A stretch of DNA of 64,000 nucleotides, taken from positions 1 to 64,000 of IMG/VR virus record IMGVR_UViG_3300020455_000008, one strand, 5' to 3'. Positions 48,450 through 56,889 of the stretch are shown here, in pieces. Under the pieces are notes generated by a model. It was not told the origin of the DNA. It did no database searches and was given only the letters and a program-made list of their open reading frames with translations. This DNA comes from a virus. Position numbers and translations under genes: made by a program. Each line of letters begins with the position of its first letter. Position 1 is the stretch's first letter.

Positions 48450-49026
48450 CTATTACCTCCCGAATTGCTTTGAGAACTATAGGTTCAGCGTACGTAAACC
48501 ATTGGTCAAAATCATTTACTGCGGGTGCAATCTCTACTACCTTGACCCCCATTGCTTGCATACGCTCAAACCAGTCAATCAGTGCCTTAGACACTTCCAT
48601 CAATCCCTCTTCACCAATGATTTTACATACTGAATCTTCGGCTTCTAAGTTGTTTTGAGCTGCTGCTGGGATAGAATGGAAATAGACAATGAGATCGGGC
48701 AGCGGGTTAAGTTCCTCCATTCCAAGCGTCATGTCTTTGAACAAGTCAATCTCAGCCTGGGCAAGCTCATCTGTCTTAGCCAATGCTCTAGCGTAATCAT
48801 AACAAGCCCATACACTACGCTCATGTAGTGTAACTCCATTTGACTCTCTCCAGTTCTCCATATTCTGAGTAAGGGCGTAAGTCCAACTTTTGATTCCATT
48901 GAACGGTGGGGCGGCTACACCCACTTTTACAGTATCAAACTTAAAGTCACTCTCTGTAATAAACTTGTTAGTAAATTTTGGCATATTACTGCCCCATATC
49001 CCCTCAAACACAATACGCTTTGTCAT
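48439..49026 (-). CDS. Deoxynucleoside-kinase-like protein, degenerate P-loop
   Basis: RIVFEGIWGS, HERSVW, PDLIVYF; no Walker A Lys. Confidence 0.65.
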   Translation of the reverse strand: MTKRIVFEGIWGSNMPKFTNKFITESDFKFDTVKVGVAAPPFNGIKSWTYALTQNMENWRESNGVTLHERSVWACYDYARALAKTDELAQAEIDLFKDMTLGMEELNPLPDLIVYFHSIPAAAQNNLEAEDSVCKIIGEEGLMEVSKALIDWFERMQAMGVKVVEIAPAVNDFDQWFTYAEPIVLKAIREVIDGD

Positions 49027-49176
49027 TACTTGTCCTTTTTAGGCTTTATTCTGCGTTTTAACGAATGTTTTAGGCTTAATCAAGGTGGATACACCTGTGT
49101 ATTAGATAACAGCCTTTAAAACTTAAAATATGAGTTTTTAAATAAGTAACAAATCATACTTCTTATTGATCTGTAT

Positions 49177-49198
49177 TGATATAATACAATTTCGGAGG
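49177..49198 (+). promoter_or_regulatory. Extended -10 promoter and RBS of the cyclase operon
   Basis: TGATATAAT at 49177-49185 and GGAGG at 49194-49198. Confidence 0.55.
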
Positions 49199-49204
49199 TG
49201 CATT

Positions 49205-49459
49205 ATGTATGATCTATCACATCTATCAACAGATAAATATGTAGTTGACAAACTTAGAGATTTTTCTGAAGAACTGGATCTTGATGAAACAATATGCGCT
49301 ATCTGCGGACTAAGCCCCGACAAATGCCCATGTTACGTACATCCACCTCACTCATGCACGTATGAAGACTGTGACTGTGCTTGTGATGACCCTGAGATAA
49401 CCTGTTCATGCTGCATAGTAGAACTATGTGATTGTGAGAAGAAAAATGGAGTTCAATAA
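49205..49459 (+). CDS. Small Cys-rich protein (13 Cys, metallothionein-like spacing)
   Basis: CAIC..CPC..C..CDCAC..CSCC..CDC; strong RBS. Confidence 0.7.
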   Translation: MYDLSHLSTDKYVVDKLRDFSEELDLDETICAICGLSPDKCPCYVHPPHSCTYEDCDCACDDPEITCSCCIVELCDCEKKNGVQ

Positions 49460-50294
49460 TAGAATTCTAGCAATTGTACTCTTAGATATTATCGGCAGCA
49501 CTGCGTTTGTAGAACGGTATGGCGCTAGAAAAGCAGCAGAATGGTTACAGTATCACGATAGACTCACTCGATCACTACTATATAAATTTAATGGTCGAGA
49601 GATAGATAGATCGGATGGATTCCTTCTTAGTTTTGATCGTCCTATAGACGCTGTTAATTTCTGCTTGCACTACCAGCAATCAATTCCCAAAAAAACTAAG
49701 TTGCAGACTCGTATTGGTATGCATTGGGGAAAAATTGTAGAAGTTGTTCAAGATGAAAAATTTACTAATGTTGGAGCTAAGAGCATTGAACTTGAAGGTC
49801 TAGCTAAAAATATTACTGCTCGTACTATGTCTTTGTGTGGAGCGGGTCAAGTTTTGTTGACTAAAGAAGCTATGATAGCTGTGCAGAGTAGAACTAATCG
49901 CTTTACTCCATCAGGTACACGTTATGCGTGTGTAGGTCTCTATCGCTTCAAGGGCGTAAAGAAACCACAACAGATCTATGCCGTGGGTGCAACGATTGAC
50001 TCTCTGCAACCCCCACCCTCTTCAGACAAAGTAAAGCGACTAGGTGGAGCTAAAAAGATCCGCAGCCGAATGAGAGATAGACAGTTAAAAGATCATATCT
50101 CTTGGGTATTTTACAGATTAGCCTTTATTTGTGCTATTTATTTAGGTCTATTCTTTTGGCCATTTATATCTACTGAAAGCGCAAGGATTACATGGGGTAT
50201 AGATCACATTTTTTGGTGGATAGATGATGTCAAGAATTTCTTTAGCATTGTCATCGAAGCATACAAAACAGTTAGAAGGGATCTAGGATTTTGA
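49446..50294 (+). CDS. Class III nucleotide cyclase with C-terminal membrane segment
   Basis: LLDIIGST and RSDGF catalytic Asps, RIGMHWG, G...N..AR, GQVLLT, FKGV; hydrophobic C-terminus. Confidence 0.88.
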   Translation: MEFNNRILAIVLLDIIGSTAFVERYGARKAAEWLQYHDRLTRSLLYKFNGREIDRSDGFLLSFDRPIDAVNFCLHYQQSIPKKTKLQTRIGMHWGKIVEVVQDEKFTNVGAKSIELEGLAKNITARTMSLCGAGQVLLTKEAMIAVQSRTNRFTPSGTRYACVGLYRFKGVKKPQQIYAVGATIDSLQPPPSSDKVKRLGGAKKIRSRMRDRQLKDHISWVFYRLAFICAIYLGLFFWPFISTESARITWGIDHIFWWIDDVKNFFSIVIEAYKTVRRDLGF

Positions 50295-50740
50295 TTGATG
50301 AACATGGTAATGATTTAGACCCCAAAGCTCGAAGAGGTTGGTGGTTCAGTGTGGTATTTTTACTTATCATTGTAGGCTTAATACTCTTCCTCACTTACGT
50401 CAAAATCGTAGACGAGAATCGTGATGTATTGATCGGCATTTTGGGTGTCTTAACTGGCTCTATCAGCTCAATGATGGCCATTGCCAGTGGTAGAGATCCA
50501 AGTGAAGTAGAAGAGTTGAAAGAGGAGCTGTCAAGAGCTAACGCAGACAGAGAAGCACTTATAGCCAGGCTAAGAGATTCACAGATCCAGCTTCAGATCA
50601 AAAATGAACAGATCGGTGACCTACAGACCGCAGTGATTGATAAGCTGTCTATGTTTGCGGGGGAGAAAGTCATACGTAAAAAAGCGCCTGAAGAAGTGAT
50701 ACTTGATCCTGACATTGAAGCATGGCTACCCAAGTCGTAA
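50291..50740 (+). CDS. Two-TM membrane protein with coiled-coil tail
   Basis: WWFSVVFLLIIVGLILFLTYV and VLIGILGVLTGSISSMMAIA, then heptad region; TTGA overlap with cyclase stop. Confidence 0.75.
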   Translation: MIDEHGNDLDPKARRGWWFSVVFLLIIVGLILFLTYVKIVDENRDVLIGILGVLTGSISSMMAIASGRDPSEVEELKEELSRANADREALIARLRDSQIQLQIKNEQIGDLQTAVIDKLSMFAGEKVIRKKAPEEVILDPDIEAWLPKS

Positions 50741-50759
50741 AAGTTTTTGAAAACTATTT
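50739..50759. repeat. 21-bp direct repeat, left of the methyltransferase
   Basis: AAAAGTTTTTGAAAACTATTT, identical to 52190-52210. Confidence 0.85.
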
Positions 50760-52179
50760 ATAGTATACCTTTGAACAGTGGTAGGTCTTCTAAGTCTTTC
50801 TTCTTGACTTCGACTTCCTCAGCTTGACCACCCCAGTAAGCTATGCGCTTCTTAGCAATCTCAACGTACTCCTCGTTAAGCTCAATGCCAATCGCATTCA
50901 CTCCTTCTACAGCGCAAGCGCACAGGGTAGACCCACTGCCTAAAAATGGCTCTAAAACAGTGCCATCCTTTGGGCAGACTAAACGCAGGCAGTACTTCAT
51001 TAAATCAAGTGGCTTGACCGTTGGGTGGTGATTAGCCCTCTTACCCGATGGCGTTCTAGTTTTCTCTAACGACCCGTCTATACGACCATTTAATGTACCA
51101 AAGTTTTTCTTCTCTAAATCTTGTAGTCCAGCTTCTTTCTCTTTCTTACTTGCTTTCGATGTATAGAAGAACCTACTTGCCCCACCCTTATCTCCGTACC
51201 CTTCTGAACCATAAGCCTTCCAGCCTACACCATCCTCGACTGAGGAGAGCTGCCCCTTGCCAGCTACTCCCCAAGCCCGACTCTTCTTCCCAGCTCTACC
51301 ACTTTTCTGAATACCGCTTTGTTGATCGACCGCAAGTGCAGCTTCCTCATCTAGTATAACATTGGCAGGGAAACGACCTTTGGGTTTGTGCATTTGAATT
51401 TTACTACCGACTTTTGCTATGTGACCTGTCCACCCACTTTCCTTATAAGAAGCAGTTTTCTGTTCATGCATTTGGGTGAAGTCGATATTTTCACTGTTAT
51501 CATATTGCACTCTAGTATCATCGATATTGATTGCACCTACGCCCCACGTCATTACATTGTCTGCAATAGATCCTTCGGGTGGTTTTCTAATCATTATGAT
51601 GGGTTCATACGCTGGCTTGAGTGCAGTACCCCAACCCTCCCACTTCTCAGCTTCGGGGCATTTAGCTTGGTACTCTTCGACAGGATTTGACGTTAGTTTG
51701 TTTTTCTCTTCTACATCACTAGCTTGATACTGACTCGCAGTGGGGATTGCTCTACCCCTATTAGGGTGACCAAACTTCTTATCAATCGCTAATGATACGT
51801 TATGACTTTTTGGGAACCCACTGCCGTACAGGTACATCAAAGTATCCCTCACCTCGAACCCAGCTAAGCGCAAACTAATACTCATTAGGTCTTGGGTTCT
51901 TGAGGAAGCGAATACTAAACCATGCGCTCCAGGCTTTAGGACTCTGTATACTTCTTTCCACAAACTGGGAGGAGGCACCCAACTATCCCAAGACTTATTC
52001 ATAAACCCCTTACCCTTGGGTGTCCAAGACTCTCCACTTGTCCATGCTCTTAAGCAATCTTCTACATTCTTCGATGAGGTATTCCCCATACCGTAGGGCG
52101 GATCAGTGATTAAGCAGTCTAGTGAGTTGTCGTCTAATGTCTTAAGTATCTCTTCAGAGTCTCCATTTAGTATTTGCAT
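50758..52179 (-). CDS. DNA amino-methyltransferase (N6A/N4C, beta class)
   Basis: ITDPPY near the N-terminus, GSGFPKS, ALKPAYEPI, HPTVKP, EPFLGSGST; ATG at 52179. Confidence 0.92.
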   Translation of the reverse strand: MQILNGDSEEILKTLDDNSLDCLITDPPYGMGNTSSKNVEDCLRAWTSGESWTPKGKGFMNKSWDSWVPPPSLWKEVYRVLKPGAHGLVFASSRTQDLMSISLRLAGFEVRDTLMYLYGSGFPKSHNVSLAIDKKFGHPNRGRAIPTASQYQASDVEEKNKLTSNPVEEYQAKCPEAEKWEGWGTALKPAYEPIIMIRKPPEGSIADNVMTWGVGAINIDDTRVQYDNSENIDFTQMHEQKTASYKESGWTGHIAKVGSKIQMHKPKGRFPANVILDEEAALAVDQQSGIQKSGRAGKKSRAWGVAGKGQLSSVEDGVGWKAYGSEGYGDKGGASRFFYTSKASKKEKEAGLQDLEKKNFGTLNGRIDGSLEKTRTPSGKRANHHPTVKPLDLMKYCLRLVCPKDGTVLEPFLGSGSTLCACAVEGVNAIGIELNEEYVEIAKKRIAYWGGQAEEVEVKKKDLEDLPLFKGIL

Positions 52180-52189
52180 TGTCTCTCTC

Positions 52190-52210
52190 AAAAGTTTTTG
52201 AAAACTATTT
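52190..52210. repeat. 21-bp direct repeat, right of the methyltransferase
   Basis: AAAAGTTTTTGAAAACTATTT just upstream of the MTase start. Confidence 0.85.
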
Positions 52211-52801
52211 TTAGGTGGTGGCCCGCACAAATGAGTAGATCTGCTCTAGTAGTTTCTCAGACCAATACTCTCTCTCAAGGCCCATGATTTTAGGGGATTG
52301 AACTCTAAGTACCTGAACGCCCTTAGACTCCATTAACCCTAGCCACGTTTCATACAATTCGTCAAGAGCCACAAACTGAGTATTCGATAAGGGTGAGTGA
52401 CTAGCCGCACACTCAAAATACACAATGAGCGTTGGGAGCTGTATATCATCTGACATAAGATTGTCATAAAACATCTTCAATCGCTGGTAGTCCTCATCAC
52501 TCATACCAAGTCTCTCTCTATACTCCCACAGCGCAAAGGTCATCGCTGACCATACAGATCTCTCATAGAATGTAATCGGCACATGAGATCCCCACTGCTC
52601 ACCTAAATGCCACTGAGAAAAAAGCGCAAGCATATAGCTCTCCCACTTCTCTATATCCCAATCTCCATCTAATACACTCTCCTCCTCTCCCCATATCAAA
52701 CGACTCACACCTAAGTTCTCCAGCTCCCACATAAATGCTCCCACTCCACTACCCACTATACCCTCAATCGAAATCCTAGAAAAAGCGCGCAAAGAATACA
52801 T
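52211..52801 (-). CDS. Deoxynucleoside-kinase-like protein, degenerate P-loop
   Basis: RISIEGIVGSGV, YERSVWS, PTLIVYF, L.ELYETW; no Walker A Lys. Confidence 0.65.
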   Translation of the reverse strand: MYSLRAFSRISIEGIVGSGVGAFMWELENLGVSRLIWGEEESVLDGDWDIEKWESYMLALFSQWHLGEQWGSHVPITFYERSVWSAMTFALWEYRERLGMSDEDYQRLKMFYDNLMSDDIQLPTLIVYFECAASHSPLSNTQFVALDELYETWLGLMESKGVQVLRVQSPKIMGLEREYWSEKLLEQIYSFVRATT

Positions 52802-53094
52802 ATGACCCCCTAATAACTAATTATCTATACCCCAGTATACCATAAGACTAAATATCCCTTACCCTCATACATAAACACACTCATCACATACACTAAACAA
52901 TAATAACAACACTCTCACTCATACAATCATCATACACTCCTCAAATATACAACAATCCCCAACAAAACATACCCCAAACCCCCTACTATACATCATCCCA
53001 TAGAAAAACCAATCTCCCCATCGTAATATACATAACACCACCACTTGAGTGTTAGCGCCCTTCGCAAACCTTTGGAATCATTAAGTTTTTCGGA

Positions 53095-53200
53095 GTTGAC
53101 AAAAGTGTCAACCGATGAGGTGATTTTGGTGAGTTGGAGAGCTTTAGAAAAGTGAAAATCCTAACATTCAGTAACTCTCGAATATCGAATGTTAGGATTT
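53095..53200. repeat. Two inverted repeats
   Basis: GTTGACA-N4-TGTCAAC (53095-53112) and AAATCCTAACATTC-N17-GAATGTTAGGATTT (53156-53200). Confidence 0.75.
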
Positions 53201-53410
53201 CAAAAGTATTTTATGGCTCATCACCCAGCAAAACAGGTGCGAAATTGCCCCTAAACAGCAAAATGCTACTTATAAGTACCCATAAAACCATGATTCACCT
53301 AAAATAGGTGTATTTAAAAAACAGTGACTCTCACGACATCGAGTCTCCACTTTTACGGGGGGTAAATACAAGAAAAAATAGGGGGTTGTAGGTGTTTGTC
53401 CTACGTTACC

Positions 53411-53647
53411 CTAAGCAGTGATCTTCCAGTGCGCTTCGCCTTCCTCATCGTAGCTGCGAGTGATTGAGTAATACTGCTCATCCTCATAGTACTCGACAAT
53501 AAAAGTCTCAGTGTGTTTGCGCTCTATGACTCTAACGAGTCTCCAATTAGGAAATGGATCAGACAGGTATGCTGCTAGAAAGCTTTCTAGCGCCTGTGTC
53601 TCTTCATAGTCTATCGTATACCGAGTGGTCACTAGTGTATCTCCCAT
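53411..53647 (-). CDS. Hypothetical protein
   Basis: Last gene of a coupled minus-strand operon. Confidence 0.55.
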   Translation of the reverse strand: MGDTLVTTRYTIDYEETQALESFLAAYLSDPFPNWRLVRVIERKHTETFIVEYYEDEQYYSITRSYDEEGEAHWKITA

Positions 53648-54216
53648 GACTTTGGGATGAGAGGGTACAATCTCTCTACGGCTTCAGGGAATGTCATACC
53701 CCAGCTCCACTGAGAGGGTGCGATCTCAACGGCCCATCCATCTGAGTACCCTTGACTTACAGGCTCATCTATATCCATGCCATCGATGAGATCTTGAAGC
53801 TCATCTTCTGTAGTGTACCTTATGTGCTGAGTAGGTAGACATTCATCCTCTCCGACTACCAGTATCTCTTCGAATGTGATGATGGGGGTAAAGGGGAAGC
53901 CGCTTGCATAGAACTGAGATCTAATTGCTTGGTATACTGCATGAGCGATAGCGGTTTCTCTATCATGCCCGATTCCAACGTAGTGAGCGCCATCAGGGGT
54001 ATGGGTATATACGCCAAACCCTCTCATAGCTTCTATGAACTCTAGGCCACACTCATCCATCTCCTCTTGGGAGAGGGGGCGGTCATATATAAATATGTAA
54101 TGAGGGGGGAGGGCGTTGTCTTCGACAACGTGATATGTCCAAAGCTTCTCTAGCTCATCGCTGACCGCCATATTATCGATTAGCTTTAGGAACTGAGGGT
54201 GTATATTAAAGGTCAT
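53632..54216 (-). CDS. Hypothetical protein
   Basis: 194 aa; TAATG-coupled to the upstream gene. Confidence 0.65.
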   Translation of the reverse strand: MTFNIHPQFLKLIDNMAVSDELEKLWTYHVVEDNALPPHYIFIYDRPLSQEEMDECGLEFIEAMRGFGVYTHTPDGAHYVGIGHDRETAIAHAVYQAIRSQFYASGFPFTPIITFEEILVVGEDECLPTQHIRYTTEDELQDLIDGMDIDEPVSQGYSDGWAVEIAPSQWSWGMTFPEAVERLYPLIPKSWEIH

Positions 54217-54485
54217 TACTTATTCTCCAGGTATGAGGGCTTCGGCATGAAGAGCCAAAAGGGAAAGGGTTGTGGTATCTCAAGTTTAGTCCAAGTGGAA
54301 TGGGCTTCAGTAGGGGTCATTTGTTCTACAAGTGCGAGGAGGTGTCTCCACAACTGGTGAGCGACAAGGTATGCGAGGTATGACTCCTCATTATCCTCTA
54401 CATCTGAGTAGCAAGTATTGAGTTGCGCCCATAGGTTGTCATTAGTGAGGTCTTCTACAAGTTCGTTTATTGTCATGTTATCCAT
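54216..54485 (-). CDS. Hypothetical protein
   Basis: Coupled operon member. Confidence 0.6.
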   Translation of the reverse strand: MDNMTINELVEDLTNDNLWAQLNTCYSDVEDNEESYLAYLVAHQLWRHLLALVEQMTPTEAHSTWTKLEIPQPFPFWLFMPKPSYLENK

Positions 54486-54486
54486 T

Positions 54487-54963
54487 TTAGAATCTCCAGT
54501 TAGGATATTTGATAGGGTGAGTTGGGTTTAGTTCTGTGATGAGCTTCATCATGCGCTCAGTGGTGTCTATTGAGTCAATGCCGCAGATGAAGCACTCGAT
54601 CATCTCTCTGCGTACACTCTCCTTCCATCCCTTCTGTAGAAGGATCTCTGACCAAGTGGCTCTTATGCCCTGCTCTGTTAGAGCGTATAATGTTTGTGCC
54701 ACTCTCTTGAAAGTAATTGCTCTACCGAACTCTCCACTCTCTGAGTAGAGTTTGTTGAGCGCCCAAAAGTGTCCAGCGACTGAGTGCTGGGATTCTAGTG
54801 TCCACTGACCGAACACTGAGGTGTTAGCCTGAACAGATCCACACTCAACTCTGTTACCAAGGAGGAGCGTAGTTCTGAAAGCTTCTCCCCATGTTATGTT
54901 GGGGTATGCTTTGCGGAGCTGGTGAGCGAAGCGATTGGTGTTAGCTGTAATGTGCTTTCTCAT
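54487..54963 (-). CDS. Hypothetical protein
   Basis: First gene after a minus-strand promoter; leader GAAAGAGA. Confidence 0.65.
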   Translation of the reverse strand: MRKHITANTNRFAHQLRKAYPNITWGEAFRTTLLLGNRVECGSVQANTSVFGQWTLESQHSVAGHFWALNKLYSESGEFGRAITFKRVAQTLYALTEQGIRATWSEILLQKGWKESVRREMIECFICGIDSIDTTERMMKLITELNPTHPIKYPNWRF

Positions 54964-55001
54964 TTTCTTGTCTCTTTCTGTGAGCCTTAACTACTTCTAT
55001 A

Positions 55002-55037
55002 CAATAACCTACCTATTAATAGTTTTCAATAACTATT
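55002..55037 (-). promoter_or_regulatory. Minus-strand promoter with overlapping operator-like palindrome
   Basis: On the minus strand AATAGTTATTGAAAACTATT contains TTGAAA-N17-TATTGT; same core as 44826. Confidence 0.55.
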
Positions 55038-55039
55038 TT

Positions 55040-56460
55040 CACATTCTGCAAAAAAAATACCACACCCCTTCGATGGTCGATGGGCGGGTAGTTGGGTAAG
55101 GTCAACCACTGGGTAGTGATGAGCCAACACTAAAAAAAGACCACCCCAGGGTAGAGGAGGTCATTACATATAAGACAGATGTTCAGTACTCAGATGAGCG
55201 CAGAGTAGTTTACCCATTTTCAAAATACCACCCATCCTTCCACCTACCTTTGGTAGAACAACCTCGATGAGGGGGTGAGGTTGCGTTATACGCTCATTTC
55301 TCTACCCCCGTTAATAGCCCTTGGATCTGTGGTCGGCTTAGACGAGCGCACAGGGCTAAATACGAACCCCACCAAAATCCACACTAGGGGTAAGGGTCAC
55401 TCATCGGTATACACAAGAGGGTACTGGGTAAGCGCCAAGTGGTGAGCAGCCATCACCCAAAAAATCCCATAGGGAAGGCCACCCCCTCCTCACCCTTCTA
55501 GGGATATGGATGAGAGGGGCTAAGGCCCAAAGGGCTAGAGAGGTGATTAGACGTTTCAAAGGCTTCCATATCTACTACTAACATAACTAGTTAAGCTCTC
55601 ATAGATGAGAGCGGGTTAATAATATATAACAGATGAGTCACCTCTCCACCCCCATAGAAACACAACCCTCTATGGGGCGCAACAGGAAACATACATACGT
55701 ATGATGAGTATACAGGGGGGAGGGTGTGATGAGCGCCGCCAAGGGTAAGGGCTAAAGGCAACCACTCACCTCAGCCCATAGGAGGTGTATACCGTATATA
55801 CACTAAAGGCAATAAGGCGCATAAAGGTGATGAGTGGATAACTCATCTACATACCAGTATCCCTCTATACACAGAGTGGATGAGCGCCCCGAAAAATTTT
55901 ACTAAGGGATTTAGCAATAAACGGTACTAAGGGATAAACTCTAAGAATTCATAAGGGATGAGTCTATTTATCATAAGTCGTCAAGCCCCGAAAAATTTTG
56001 GAAGAGCTTTTTGCAATAAACAATTACGTGCGCGCGCCCGCGCCCGCCCGCGCCCGCCCAGGCGCGCGTAGCAGCAGCCTTGGATGCCGTCATAGCGGGC
56101 TTTTTTGACGACACACCAGCAGCCCTAAAATAGCTTCGATGTCGTGAGAGTCGACGTTTGCGCACCAGTACTGAAAGGTCGTTCAGTACTGAACAAAATA
56201 CCATGTAAGACAAGAGACTACAAAGGGCCTGTATTACCTACTGAACAAGTAATCATGTAGTCTAGTCTCTCACCTTGTGACTATATAATTGATCTAAAAA
56301 GGGCCTGATCAAATTACTGTGTACTTGTTCAGTGTATCCACTTGTTCACACTACTGAACAAAGAAACAGTAAAATATGGCATTTACTTCTGGAATTTCGT
56401 TATGTACCTTATGTTTATCAAGTTCACTGTGAGCTTGTCTAATACATTCATCCTTAAGGG
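55040..56460. other. ~1.4-kb motif-dense non-coding region between divergent gene blocks (candidate origin/terminus/packaging region)
   Basis: No credible ORF; 13 GATGAG/CTCATC, 2x GCCCCGAAAAATTTT, GC-rich tract at 56027-56068, TGAACA cluster. Confidence 0.6.
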
Positions 56461-56468
56461 GATAACAC

Positions 56469-56588
56469 ATGATAAAAGATCTTAAATACTCTCTCTCTCA
56501 CTTTGGACTAGTTCCCACACTAGTTTTTGTCTCGCTTTATGCGCTTGTTCTCTTTTCATGGGCCTATGGCCTTTACACTAGCCTTTAA
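56469..56588 (+). CDS. Small membrane peptide (39 aa, absent from the ORF track)
   Basis: G-rich RBS; MIKDLKYSLSHFGLVPTLVFVSLYALVLFSWAYGLYTSL; stop overlaps the next RBS. Confidence 0.5.
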   Translation: MIKDLKYSLSHFGLVPTLVFVSLYALVLFSWAYGLYTSL

Positions 56589-56598
56589 GGAGGCGATT

Positions 56599-56889
56599 AT
56601 GATAACAAGTAAAGGAAAACAACGGTTAAAGCGTCACAATGAAAAGAGCGCTTTTAAGCGCTCTACGTGGGTATCGTCTTCTCACTCTGTCAACTTAGAG
56701 CGAGGTAAAAAGTATCTAGTTAAAGCAGGGTATAAACTAGGAACTGCTAACGATGGGTATTTCACTGATCAAGTAAAATTCGATGATGGCGAGACTATCA
56801 TTTTATATACGTCTGTAGACGCATATAAAGCCTTATTTAAAGCAAATATTGTCGCTTGGGAATTACAAGGCTACAATTATGATTATTGA
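56599..56889 (+). CDS. Hypothetical protein
   Basis: RBS AAGGAGG before ATG 56599. Confidence 0.65.
   Translation: MITSKGKQRLKRHNEKSAFKRSTWVSSSHSVNLERGKKYLVKAGYKLGTANDGYFTDQVKFDDGETIILYTSVDAYKALFKANIVAWELQGYNYDY

Noticed and set aside
1135-51727. Many 60-136-aa antisense or nested ORFs in the track (e.g. 1135..1377, 18304..18633, 30404..30796, 42150..42560, 51388..51690)
   Set aside because: They lie within well-supported genes and lack RBSs or recognisable motifs
52805-53045. Gene in the G-free tract
   Set aside because: Only short (about 40 codons or fewer) low-complexity frames on the minus strand
55100-55970. CRISPR array or hammerhead ribozyme series from the GATGAG repeats
   Set aside because: The shared core is only 6-8 nt and spacing is irregular; it is not CTGATGA and has no paired GAAA core
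55971-56213. 80-aa minus-strand ORF over the GC tract
   Set aside because: TTG start, no RBS, and the sequence merely reflects the GC repeat
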